Made by a program: the position numbers and the translations under genes. Under the pieces are notes generated by a model, which worked only from the letters and a program-made list of their open reading frames with translations, ran no database searches and had not been told where the DNA came from. From Candidatus Thorarchaeota archaeon (GTDB lineage Archaea > Asgardarchaeota > Thorarchaeia > Thorarchaeales > Thorarchaeaceae), in NCBI GenBank assembly GCA_029855935.1, contig JAGSHN010000019.1, forward strand, positions 32,001-96,000: DNA of 64,000 nt, written 5' to 3'. Of the stretch, positions 19,320-28,461 are shown in pieces. Each line of letters begins with the position of its first letter. The first letter of the stretch is position 1.

Positions 19320-19889
19320 CTACATCTCCTCCCTTGGCTTGGGTCCTGTTGTCTTCGAACGCTCCATCAGTCCACGCGGGTCGGACCAGTCCTTGCGCAG
19401 AGGATACTCGCCTCTTGGCCAGTTCTCAGGCAGTTCGCAGCGTCTCGGGTTCGGGTGGCCGACGGGGACTATTCCGAAGAGCTCCCGGATCTCGTTCTCC
19501 ACGAACTCCGCGCCCGGTACGAGGTCGGTGATCGACGGATACTCTGGCCTGTCACGTGGGACGTTGACCCTGATTGTGATGGCGACTCTCTGGCTGTTCA
19601 GGAAGAAGTGATAGTTTGCCTGCAGCTCCTCTCCCAGGTCCCTGCCTGAGAGTGTGCCGAACTGCCACATATCGTGTTCCCGCTGCATGTACTGGATGAA
19701 CTCTCTGAGCCTGTCCGGATGAACCCTCACGAAGACCCTCCTCGGCTGGACATGTACATAGCACTCGTCGACCACAAGGGCGTCGCCCATATCGGCAATG
19801 ATCCTGTCCAGTATCTCATACTCCGTCTTGTGGGTGTCGTCGCGTGGTGCTGGGCGCCTCTCGGTCGTCTCTGCCTCTACACTGCTCAT
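19320..19889 (-). CDS. NuoC-like subunit
   Basis: PSITDL..AEFVENEIRELFGI.P.GHP..YPLRKD. Confidence 0.9.
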   Translation of the reverse strand: MSSVEAETTERRPAPRDDTHKTEYEILDRIIADMGDALVVDECYVHVQPRRVFVRVHPDRLREFIQYMQREHDMWQFGTLSGRDLGEELQANYHFFLNSQRVAITIRVNVPRDRPEYPSITDLVPGAEFVENEIRELFGIVPVGHPNPRRCELPENWPRGEYPLRKDWSDPRGLMERSKTTGPKPREEM

Positions 19890-20416
19890 ATCTCAGCCAC
19901 CTCCGTCTCGATAGTGCCGCACTCTGGTGATGGTGGTGCGGGCTCCTCAAACTCGGGGGCCAGCTGTGCAGGCTCCACTCCCATCATGTCGGCCAGCACC
20001 CTCAGGAGCTGGTACGCACCGTAGGTGATTGCTGCTGGCTTAGGCGGACAGCCTGGGATGTAGGCCGTCACAGGGATTGCTTGGTCAACGCCACCGAGGA
20101 CATTGTATGCCCCTCTGAACACTCCCCCACTACAGGCACACGACCCGACCGCGACCACATACTTCGGTTCGGCCATCTGCTCGTAGATTCTCTGTAGTCG
20201 TGGCTTGATCTGCTCTGTGACGGGTCCGGTGCACAGCATTATGTCAGCGTGACGCGGGCTTCCGACGAGCTTGACACCAAACCGCTCAAGGTCGAGTCGC
20301 GGCATCAGGGCGGCAATTATCTCGATGTCACAGCCGTTGCAGCTCCCACTATTGAAGTGGAACACCCACGGCGACTTCACCTTCGCCTTGTTGAAGAGTC
20401 TCTTCAGGAATCCCAT
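19886..20416 (-). CDS. Group 4 hydrogenase small subunit (NuoB-like)
   Basis: SCNGCDIE, SPRHAD, GSCAC.GG, IPGCPP. Confidence 0.93.
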   Translation of the reverse strand: MGFLKRLFNKAKVKSPWVFHFNSGSCNGCDIEIIAALMPRLDLERFGVKLVGSPRHADIMLCTGPVTEQIKPRLQRIYEQMAEPKYVVAVGSCACSGGVFRGAYNVLGGVDQAIPVTAYIPGCPPKPAAITYGAYQLLRVLADMMGVEPAQLAPEFEEPAPPSPECGTIETEVAEI

Positions 20417-20437
20417 GTGTGATGCCCTCCTTGTTGT

Positions 20438-20767
20438 TCACTCATTCTCCGGTGTATGAGACACGTAGGCTGCAGCCACAAGCGTGATGATCAGGTACAC
20501 AATGACAACCAGTCCGGGGTTCGACCATGAGAGAAAGAGAACGAAGCCGATGATATCGAACAGCATAAAGTACAGGGCGTAGTTGAAGAAGTGCAGATGG
20601 AACTGCACCTTTCCACCCAAGAACGCGGGCTCTCCACAGGCGTAGGCCTCAACGGCAGCGCCTGTCCTCCGGGAGGGTGGTGCATATGCCCTCCCCATCA
20701 GGAGGAGCATCCCCGCAAAGATGAGGCTCAGTGCAACGACCAGTATGAGTCCCAGTACCAGCTCCAT
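20438..20767 (-). CDS. NuoA-like 3-TM subunit
   Basis: EAYACGE, FFNYALYFMLFDI, three hydrophobic helices. Confidence 0.85.
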   Translation of the reverse strand: MELVLGLILVVALSLIFAGMLLLMGRAYAPPSRRTGAAVEAYACGEPAFLGGKVQFHLHFFNYALYFMLFDIIGFVLFLSWSNPGLVVIVYLIITLVAAAYVSHTPENE

Positions 20768-20962
20768 GCCTACCACTGTCCTGCGTGATACGGGCCGCGC
20801 GCATCAGGTCGTACTAATATGCTTGGTGGTCGAGGCGGCAGACCTGAGCCCAGTGTCAAGTCCTGCCGTACGGTCACAGCGTCTTCCGAACGGGCTCGAC
20901 GCAGACAATGATATCTCTCTCCACGTAGAACACAGTACCCCTTGCTGGCGATGTCCCTCCCC

Positions 20963-21502
20963 CTATGGAGGCTGTTCTGCATCTCCACTCTCTAGATGCC
21001 TGCGGTAGATCTTGGCCAGCTCAATGTAGGACTTGGCCCCGACGGCAAAGGCGTTCTTTAGGGTCTCGGAGACCTCCTTGACGACCTTTCCAGGGATGCC
21101 CAACACCAGCGAGTTTGGCGGTATCACCGTGTTCTCGGTCACCACTGCTCCCGCACCGACGACACTATCATCACCGACCTTGGCCCCTGTGAGAACAATG
21201 GCGCCAATGCCCACAACACATCTGTCGCCAATCTCACACGCGTGGATGACCGCATTGTGCCCAGCGGTGACATAGTCGCCGATGTAGGCGCCATTGCCGA
21301 AGGTGGTGTGCACGGTCACATTGTCCTGTATCGAGGTGCCCTTTCCCACCCGGATCTCGTTCATATCACCGCGCAGGACGGCAAACTCCCAGATGGAGGT
21401 GTCTTCGTCGACCTCGACATCGCCAATCAGTGACGCTCTGGGCGACACGTACGCCCGTGGATGGACTCTTGGAAACTTGTCCTCGAAGCGGTACAGTCCC
21501 AA
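20963..21502 (-). CDS. Gamma-class carbonic anhydrase family protein
   Basis: Hexapeptide repeats, LRGD, IQDNVTVH, GHNAVIHAC. Confidence 0.92.
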   Translation of the reverse strand: MGLYRFEDKFPRVHPRAYVSPRASLIGDVEVDEDTSIWEFAVLRGDMNEIRVGKGTSIQDNVTVHTTFGNGAYIGDYVTAGHNAVIHACEIGDRCVVGIGAIVLTGAKVGDDSVVGAGAVVTENTVIPPNSLVLGIPGKVVKEVSETLKNAFAVGAKSYIELAKIYRRHLESGDAEQPP

Positions 21503-21589
21503 CTCTCAGCACCAATCAGTTCACAGCCCAACGGTTCCTTAAGCTTATGTATTGCACCACTTCCATGTGAGGGTCGGAGTGATCTCACA

Positions 21590-22207
21590 TTGCCGTGGAC
21601 CCCGATGCACTATCCACTGGCCTACGTGCTCAGACGTGTTGACAAGCGTCTATCGCTCCCTGCGCTCACTGTCGGAGCTGTGCTGCCTGACGTCGAGGTG
21701 CCCATTCTGATTCTCTTCTTTCCGACCCTCCCCGACCATCTTGTACTGCATAGTCTGCTGGGCGCCCTGACAATCGGTGTGGCAATGGGAGTCCTCGTCA
21801 CCCGTCTGTTCTATGCGCCACTGATGGGGCGGCTCTTCGCCCTAGACAGACAGCGTCTAGACCGCGAGTGTAGGCTGTCGCCAATGCTCGTCGTTTCGAC
21901 GGTATTGGGCCTGCTCAGTCATCTCGGAATTGACTATCTGATGCATCCGTTCAACCCGCTCCTCTGGCCGCTGGTCGATCCCTATTCGTTGCCGGGCCCC
22001 CTTGTTGTCCTCCTCGCAGCAGACGGTGATCTCTCAATCGGCTTCTTCAATGCTGCGCTTGTGACCAACAGCCTGATGGTAATTGCGTGGCTGACCATAT
22101 TGTTCGTGGAACGTGGTCCCAGGCTGTGGACTCATCTCTGGGTGGCACCACAGTCGGGCTATAGCAAGCCGCTCTCCGTGGTCACAGATGCTGAAGCCAC
22201 AGTGTGA
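21590..22207 (+). CDS. DUF4184-like membrane-bound metal-dependent hydrolase family protein
   Basis: TTG behind GGAGTGA; MPWTPMH, GAVLPD, LHS, SHLGID..H. Confidence 0.75.
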   Translation: MPWTPMHYPLAYVLRRVDKRLSLPALTVGAVLPDVEVPILILFFPTLPDHLVLHSLLGALTIGVAMGVLVTRLFYAPLMGRLFALDRQRLDRECRLSPMLVVSTVLGLLSHLGIDYLMHPFNPLLWPLVDPYSLPGPLVVLLAADGDLSIGFFNAALVTNSLMVIAWLTILFVERGPRLWTHLWVAPQSGYSKPLSVVTDAEATV

Positions 22208-22239
22208 GCGAGTTCTCGGGTTGCATGCGAGGGAGTCGT

Positions 22240-22800
22240 CTACGAGGCCTGTGTCAAGGCTCTCTCTCCAGCCTTCATTCCCAGCTCCAGAGCCTTGAGA
22301 TTAGTCTCGGCGAAACGCGGCCATCGTTGAACTATCCGGTCCTTGAGTCCCTCAATTGAGACGGCCTTGGTGATGACAGAGAAGGCACCGAGCATCACCA
22401 CGTTGGTCGCCTGCTTTGTGCCGACCTCCTTGTCTGCAATCCTTGTTGCGGGTATCTTGTACACCCTGACCCCCCTCGGTAGGTCCCCCTCAATCTCCAC
22501 GAGGTCCTCATCCACTATCAGGACGCCGTTCTCCTTCAGACCATCCTTGTACGACAGGTAGGCTGCCCTGCTCATCGCGATGAACACGTCGGGCTCCTGT
22601 ACCTTTGGATAGTCGATCTCCTCCTCATCGTCCATCACAACCTCGCCCTTGCTCGCACCGCCTCTGGCCTCTGGACCGTAGGACTGTGTCTGCACAACGA
22701 ACTTTCCGTCGTAGAGAGCTGCGGTCTCTCCCAGTATTACTGCCATCGTCACTATGCCCTGTCCGCCAAAGCCAGCTATCCTGATCTCATATCGGGTCAT
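22240..22800 (-). CDS. korC: 2-oxoacid:ferredoxin oxidoreductase gamma subunit
   Basis: AGFGGQG, QSYGPEARGG, NVVMLG. Confidence 0.9.
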   Translation of the reverse strand: MTRYEIRIAGFGGQGIVTMAVILGETAALYDGKFVVQTQSYGPEARGGASKGEVVMDDEEEIDYPKVQEPDVFIAMSRAAYLSYKDGLKENGVLIVDEDLVEIEGDLPRGVRVYKIPATRIADKEVGTKQATNVVMLGAFSVITKAVSIEGLKDRIVQRWPRFAETNLKALELGMKAGERALTQAS

Positions 22801-23648
22801 CGGGCCTCACTCCTTGCCTTCTCTTGGGCCTTCTTCAGGACCTCCGTGTACTCGGGCTTGTCGATATCTACAAACTCCCCACAGACAATCCTTGAGTCGT
22901 ATTCGAGCTCGGCCTCGTGTGGCGGAAGTCCGTTCTGGATGTCTGCGACCTTGAGGAGGTGTCTATGCATCTCCACGCCATCACCCAGTCTGTTGCTCCT
23001 TCCGTACGATGTGGGACAGGCACCTACTATCTCAACAAATGAGAAGCCCCTCTTCGCAATGGCCTTCTCAATCGACTTGGTCGCTCTTCTCACTTGGACT
23101 GCCGTCCAGCGTGCCACAAAGGTGGCCCCCGATGAGGCCGCGAGTTTGACGAGGTTGAATGGCCATTCGATGTTTCCAATCGGCCGTGGACTGGTCTGTG
23201 TGTATCTCTCGTGTTCGGTGGTCGGACCGAACTGACCACCAGTCATCCCATAGTTGAAGTTGTTGAGGCACACGACCGTGATGTCGATGTTGCGTCTGCA
23301 GGCATGAATCAGATGATTACCACCGATTGCAGCAATGTCGCCGTCACCTGAGACCACTATCACCTCAAGCTCTGGATTGGCTATCTTGACGCCCTCCGCA
23401 AATGCGATTGGGCGGCCGTGCGTTGTGTGGAACGTCCCGGTCTTGAAGTATCCCGAGACGCGTCCCGTGCAACCTATGCCTGAGACTATCACGACCTTGT
23501 TGAAGTCTATTCCGAGATTCTCTATGGCCCGGGCGACCATACCGGTCACTATTCCGATCGAGCAGCCGGGACAGTAGATCCATGGCAGCCTGTCGGTACG
23601 CATGTACTTGGCCAGCGGATGTACGAGAGTGTCAGACTCTGTAGTCAC
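22797..23648 (-). CDS. korB: 2-oxoacid:ferredoxin oxidoreductase beta subunit
   Basis: CPGC, SGIGC, HGR, GDGD..IGGNH, YGMTGGQ. Confidence 0.93.
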   Translation of the reverse strand: MTTESDTLVHPLAKYMRTDRLPWIYCPGCSIGIVTGMVARAIENLGIDFNKVVIVSGIGCTGRVSGYFKTGTFHTTHGRPIAFAEGVKIANPELEVIVVSGDGDIAAIGGNHLIHACRRNIDITVVCLNNFNYGMTGGQFGPTTEHERYTQTSPRPIGNIEWPFNLVKLAASSGATFVARWTAVQVRRATKSIEKAIAKRGFSFVEIVGACPTSYGRSNRLGDGVEMHRHLLKVADIQNGLPPHEAELEYDSRIVCGEFVDIDKPEYTEVLKKAQEKARSEAR

Positions 23649-24781
23649 TGTGTAACGACCTCCCTTATCTTCTGCAGTATCTCCTGTGGCAGCTGTGGGG
23701 TCCCCACGGGCTTCCTCATCATATGCACGGGGGTAGTCCCTGCGCTTGCTCGTACCATATGATAGAGCTGGCCCATGTTCTGCTCAGCCACAACTATATG
23801 ACGCACCTCGCTTGCAAGGTCCATTATGGCCCGCTCTGGGAACGGCCATATGGTCTTGAGCCTGAGCAGTCCTGCCTTGAGCCCCTGCCTACGCGCCTCA
23901 CGAATGGCCCTCTTTGCGCTGCGTGATGGAGTACCGTATGCTATGATTGCGACATCAGCGTCGTCGAGTTGGAATCTCTCCATCTCCACGATCTTGTCGA
24001 CATTCCTGAGTATCTTCTCGTTGAGCCTAGTGATCAGCTCCATCTGAACGTCGTCCTTGTCCGACGGATAGCCTCTCCAGTCGTGAGTGAGACCTGTGGC
24101 GTAGAACTGATACCCCGACCCGAAGGTCGCCATTGGTGGGACGAGGTCTTCGTCTGGCTTGAAGGGAAGGTACTCCTCCGGTGGCACTGTGGGCCGTTTG
24201 CGATCTACAATCTCAAGGTCCTTCTCATCCGGGATGACGAGTTTCTCTCGCATATGACCAACGGTCTCGTCCGCGAGGACAAAGACTGGCACCCGGTATT
24301 GTTCAGCAAGATTGAACGCCCTGACTGTCTGGTCGAACATCTCCTGCACAGATGCGGGCGTGAGAGCAATGATCTGGTAGTCTCCGTGGCTCCCCCACTT
24401 GGCCTGCATCACATCGCCCTGCTGCCCTCTCGTCGGCTGTCCAGTGCTCGGACCGCCTCTCATTATATTGACGAGGACGAGTGGTGTCTCGGTCATCACA
24501 GCAAGCCCGATGGCCTCCATCATCAGGCTGACACCCGGTCCTGAAGTGGCAGTCATCGCCTTTGTTCCTGCCCAAGACGCACCAATCACACTGGTTATCG
24601 ACGCAATCTCATCTTCATACTGGACATAGGCGCCACCGACCTGTGGCATCCGGATTGCCATCCACTCCGCAATCTCCGTTGCTGGCGTGATGGGATATCC
24701 TCCGAAGTACCTACAGCCAGCACTCAGCGCGCCCTCCGCACAGGCGACATCGCCCATTGTGAACATCACCCGCTCTGGCAA
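23645..24781 (-). CDS. korA: 2-oxoacid:ferredoxin oxidoreductase alpha subunit
   Basis: GYPITPATE, EDEI, ATSGPG, RGGPSTGQPT. Confidence 0.93.
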   Translation of the reverse strand: MPERVMFTMGDVACAEGALSAGCRYFGGYPITPATEIAEWMAIRMPQVGGAYVQYEDEIASITSVIGASWAGTKAMTATSGPGVSLMMEAIGLAVMTETPLVLVNIMRGGPSTGQPTRGQQGDVMQAKWGSHGDYQIIALTPASVQEMFDQTVRAFNLAEQYRVPVFVLADETVGHMREKLVIPDEKDLEIVDRKRPTVPPEEYLPFKPDEDLVPPMATFGSGYQFYATGLTHDWRGYPSDKDDVQMELITRLNEKILRNVDKIVEMERFQLDDADVAIIAYGTPSRSAKRAIREARRQGLKAGLLRLKTIWPFPERAIMDLASEVRHIVVAEQNMGQLYHMVRASAGTTPVHMMRKPVGTPQLPQEILQKIREVVTQ

Positions 24782-25141
24782 CTACTCGTCCTCCTCCTTC
24801 TCTCTCTTTGCACGCTCCTGCTCGAACTCCGGGATCAGTGTCCCCTCCTGAAGCGTTCCCTTCTCGTATGCCTCTCGTGCCTTCTCTCTCTCTGTCAAGA
24901 AGATCGCCATATCCGGGCATATTCTCTCACAGAACTCGCAGTTCACACACGCATCAATGTCGCACGCCGTGACGGGATGGTACCCCTTCCGGTTGTACTT
25001 GCTCATATCGAGACACAGCACATTCTTCGGGCAGAACTCAACGCAGAGGCCGCACTGCTTGCACTGCTCTTGGAGAATGACCAGAACCTTCTCTCTCTTT
25101 CTGGCCGGTCTTGGTACTATTGGTCTGCGGACGGTTGACAT
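24782..25141 (-). CDS. korD: 2-oxoacid:ferredoxin oxidoreductase delta (ferredoxin) subunit
   Basis: CKQCGLCVEFCP, CVNCEFCERICPD; first gene of the kor operon. Confidence 0.88.
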   Translation of the reverse strand: MSTVRRPIVPRPARKREKVLVILQEQCKQCGLCVEFCPKNVLCLDMSKYNRKGYHPVTACDIDACVNCEFCERICPDMAIFLTEREKAREAYEKGTLQEGTLIPEFEQERAKREKEEDE

Positions 25142-25159
25142 CGCTGACTACTCCTTGCC

Positions 25160-25241
25160 CAACGCGTCATCGGCGGTGATGCGGAGCGTTGACCGATGGT
25201 CTTCTCCATCGGCGACCCTCGCAGAATCCCACCGCTATAAG
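25160..25241 (-). promoter_or_regulatory. kor operon promoter and two-hairpin 5' leader
   Basis: TATA-like CTTATAG (minus, about 25234-25241); CCGATGG-N6-CCATCGG 25193-25212; CAACGC..GCGTTG 25160-25191. Confidence 0.5.
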
Positions 25242-25348
25242 AGCATTACCTTGTTGGCCTGTCCTCTTCCTGTTGGAAACAGCCACAGTTAAGTTCACGT
25301 ATTGTATCACCTGCACGCACAGACAGAGAACGAGGTGGACTGTGCGTC

Positions 25349-25822
25349 TTGCCCGACGAAGAGATTGACGAGAAAGAGCTCGCAAAGGCGCTTAAGGGCA
25401 AGACGCTACAGGTATACTGGTATATGCTACGTCATCCCGAGCCGCTGACCGCCAGAGAGATTCAGCGTGGCACACGCCTGTCTAGTCCCTCCTTGTCAAT
25501 GCATCATCTAGAACGTCTGCGTGCGCTCGGACTTGTGGACAAGAACGTCCACGGGGAGTATACGGTCAGGCGTGATGTGCGTGTTGGAGTGCTGAAGCTC
25601 TTTGTTGGTCGTGGTCGTCTGATGGTCCCCCGCTTTCTCTTCTATGCCACCTTCTTCTCATCGATAACCGCCGCACTGCTCACTGTCATCATACTCACGT
25701 GGAGCATCGCCGAGTGGGTCGCTGCCACCTTTGTGGCGCTGGAGATCCTGACGTGCCTCATACTGTGGACCGAGGCATTTCGCATATGGAGAGAACAACC
25801 TTTTCCGGAGGGTGAGGATTGA
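25349..25822 (+). CDS. Membrane-anchored wHTH (ArsR-like) protein
   Basis: LTAREIQRGTRLSSPSLSMHHLERL..GLV..GEY followed by two TM helices. Confidence 0.8.
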   Translation: MPDEEIDEKELAKALKGKTLQVYWYMLRHPEPLTAREIQRGTRLSSPSLSMHHLERLRALGLVDKNVHGEYTVRRDVRVGVLKLFVGRGRLMVPRFLFYATFFSSITAALLTVIILTWSIAEWVAATFVALEILTCLILWTEAFRIWREQPFPEGED

Positions 25823-26844
25823 GTACTACGGTTAGAACTATCTGTCTTCTGACACACCGTTATGGTGTGAACATAAGACAGGGCATATTCCGTCTGAGGC
25901 GCAGCAGACGCATTGCACCGCTTATGGTGCTGATGCTGTCCATCGCACTGGCCAGTGCACTTGCCGTCCCGCTGGCCACAGAGACCACGACGGTGTCTTC
26001 TACAGCTCCGGTGAGAGAGGTGATGGGGGCTGCTGGCACCCCGAATGTCACACTCACCTATAACTCTCTGTGGAATCAGACAGAGTCGCCAGTCCACTCT
26101 GGTGATCGCATCGAGGGTGACCATATTGTCCTATTTGCTCGCTGGAGCCCTGCTTCTTCTGTCAACTCCTCAACGATTGAGGTCAATGCGACAGTCGTTC
26201 CAACGGTGATATGCGCGACGAACGACTCTGCGGTCGTGTCCGTAGACACGCGGGCGCTGGGAAACAACTTCACCTGCACGATCAATATGACCGCTCATTT
26301 GGCGAATGGGTCCGTCGTATACCAGCTTGTGGAGGACGTCTTCCTTGGGAACTTCTTCACCCCGCACGTGACAGTGGTCACTCCCAACGGTGGTGAGGTA
26401 TGGACCGGTGTCAACAACATCACGTGGGTCGCGTGGGACAACAACACCGAGGAGACACTGACCTTCGAGGTGCTGCTCTCATCTGATGGCGGCAAGACCT
26501 TCGAGTTGATAGCAAGCAAGATAACGGTCACTTGGTACGAATGGAACTGCACTCCCTTCTATCATCTCGACACCTATATGGTCAAGGTGCGAGTGACCGA
26601 CGGGATCTACTGGTCAGAGGACACATCTGATGGCCTCTTTTCGGCAGGTGAGGTGCCTGTTCCGACAACAACCACCACTACCACCACTACCACCACGACA
26701 ACCAGTACAACGCCCACGACGAGTACTACCACAACAACCACTGCGCCAATTACTGAGCCTGCCATCATGTTCCTCGCTGCCGTGATGATCGTCGCCTCAG
26801 TCTTTGCTGTGGCCGCATACTACTCCGCCCGCCAGTGGATGTGA
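25819..26844 (+). CDS. Cell-surface glycoprotein with Thr-rich linker and C-terminal TM anchor
   Basis: Signal-like N-terminus, many NxS/T sequons, PNGGE.W..NITW..SSDGG motif, poly-Thr, terminal TM; start uncertain. Confidence 0.8.
   Translation: MSTTVRTICLLTHRYGVNIRQGIFRLRRSRRIAPLMVLMLSIALASALAVPLATETTTVSSTAPVREVMGAAGTPNVTLTYNSLWNQTESPVHSGDRIEGDHIVLFARWSPASSVNSSTIEVNATVVPTVICATNDSAVVSVDTRALGNNFTCTINMTAHLANGSVVYQLVEDVFLGNFFTPHVTVVTPNGGEVWTGVNNITWVAWDNNTEETLTFEVLLSSDGGKTFELIASKITVTWYEWNCTPFYHLDTYMVKVRVTDGIYWSEDTSDGLFSAGEVPVPTTTTTTTTTTTTTSTTPTTSTTTTTTAPITEPAIMFLAAVMIVASVFAVAAYYSARQWM
26665..26742 (+). repeat. ACN codon repeat encoding the poly-Thr linker
   Basis: ACA ACA ACC ACC ACT ACC ACC ACT... 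run. Confidence 0.85.
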
Positions 26845-26925
26845 CACTCTGACAGGCTGACAGATGGTCATCCACGTGGACGAAGATGCTACACAAGGCA
26901 ACACTAGGTCATAGGCGATGGCATC

Positions 26926-27828
26926 TCATTGGCCAAGGATGCGGCTGAGGAGGTCCTCGGTACTGATGACATGCTTGTGTAGACCCAGCTGTTCTGGCTC
27001 AAGGCCGAGCGCCAGCCCCAGAAGCTGTGTATAGTAGAGCACCGGCAGGTTGTACCTGTTCTCGCCGAGTTCCTTGTTGAGCTGCAGTTGTGAGAACTCG
27101 AACTGTAGATGACAGAAGGAACACACGTTGATGACAGCGTCTACTCCCGCAGCCATCATATTGTCGAGCTTCTCTCTGGCGATGTCAACGCTCACGGGCG
27201 CATTGCTCCCACGGACGCCGCCGCCCGCACCACAGCACATGAACTTGTCCCGGTACTGCACACTCTCTGCACCGGTCGCCTCCACGAGTTCATCAAGGAA
27301 CCTGTGCCTCTGAGTTCTTCTCCAAGGCCTGTTCTTGCTCGGTTTGAGCAGATGACACCCATAGTGGACCGCCACTCTGAGGCCCCTCAGTGGTCGCTTG
27401 ACGAGTTCCCGTATTCTGTCCAGCCCGACGTCGAAGTAGATTACCTCGATGAGATGTCGGGCATCCACGTTCCCGGTGAACTTGATACCAAGCCCCTTGA
27501 AGACCCTCTGAACCTCTGCGAGCCGTTCAGGATGCTCGTGCAGCTCTGCAAGGGTTTCCTTGAATGTGCCATAGCACCCGTTGCAGCCAGTGATGATGTC
27601 GTGTCCGGCCTGCTCGGCAAGGGCGAGATTCCGGGAGGCCAGAGCAAGCCAGGTCGGCTCGTCAAACGACCTGATTACACCGGGTGCAGGGCAGCAACTG
27701 GCCCCTTGGAGATCCTCGAGCTCAATGCCAATGCGTGGCAGGACCTCCCTGATACTCTTCTCCACGTTTGGAAAACGATTCGGCATCACGCAGCCGAGAA
27801 AGAATGAATACGTTCTGCTCTCAGTCAT
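26926..27828 (-). CDS. hdrB: Heterodisulfide reductase subunit B
   Basis: Two CCG domains: FLGC, SCCPAPG, GCNGC, HYGCH, CCGAGGG, CSFC. Confidence 0.93.
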   Translation of the reverse strand: MTESRTYSFFLGCVMPNRFPNVEKSIREVLPRIGIELEDLQGASCCPAPGVIRSFDEPTWLALASRNLALAEQAGHDIITGCNGCYGTFKETLAELHEHPERLAEVQRVFKGLGIKFTGNVDARHLIEVIYFDVGLDRIRELVKRPLRGLRVAVHYGCHLLKPSKNRPWRRTQRHRFLDELVEATGAESVQYRDKFMCCGAGGGVRGSNAPVSVDIAREKLDNMMAAGVDAVINVCSFCHLQFEFSQLQLNKELGENRYNLPVLYYTQLLGLALGLEPEQLGLHKHVISTEDLLSRILGQ

Positions 27829-28376
27829 TGACCGGACTCCTCCGTGCTCTCAATGAGGTCGATAAAGCCGGTCCTCCGCATTATCTCCTGGACCTGTTCC
27901 AGAGCCTCCCCGCTGGAGTGTGTCGTCGGCGGAATCTCCTGAAGCCCGAGCTCCCTGCGCATCTCCCGGTTCGCGTCGTCAAGTGGTACTGCGTGTCCGG
28001 TCTTGATCAGCTTCCGCGACGCCTTTCTGTGCTGAGGCAGCATAAAGCCCTCCTCCACGGCCATGTTCCTCATTATGATGATTGCATCAGTCACCTTGAT
28101 CTGTCGCGGACAGCGTTCGAGGCATGTGAGGCACGTTGCGCACAGCCACAGATCGGGGGACGTGAGCACCTCCTCTTTCAGTCCGAGAAGTGCCTTCCTG
28201 ATTATCTCCCGCGTTCTGAAGGCCGTTCTTCTGCCGCTGGGACAGACACTGGAACACGTGCCGCACTGAATACAGGTACGTATCCTATCAGCCCCAGCCT
28301 CAACAAGGGTGTCCACAAACTTCGGGTCAATGTCCTCATCATCAATGATATCGCGGACAATAGTGGAGTCGGTCAT
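27825..28376 (-). CDS. hdrC: Heterodisulfide reductase subunit C
   Basis: CIQCGTCSSVCP, WLCATCLTCLERCP, TGHAVP. Confidence 0.93.
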   Translation of the reverse strand: MTDSTIVRDIIDDEDIDPKFVDTLVEAGADRIRTCIQCGTCSSVCPSGRRTAFRTREIIRKALLGLKEEVLTSPDLWLCATCLTCLERCPRQIKVTDAIIIMRNMAVEEGFMLPQHRKASRKLIKTGHAVPLDDANREMRRELGLQEIPPTTHSSGEALEQVQEIMRRTGFIDLIESTEESGQ

Positions 28377-28461
28377 CAGGAACCCTCAACGCTTGTACTG
28401 GCGTGGAAGCGCGGCTATCAAGACGATATAAGCCTTCAGTACGGAAGTGCTGTTCTGATGC

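Noticed and set aside
20770-20988. 72-aa ORF between gamma-CA and the nuoA-like gene
   Set aside because: Overlaps both neighbours, spans a likely promoter and has no recognisable features.
26665-26742. Phase-variable microsatellite
   Set aside because: In-frame mixed ACN codons encoding an ordinary Thr-rich linker; length change would not shift the frame.
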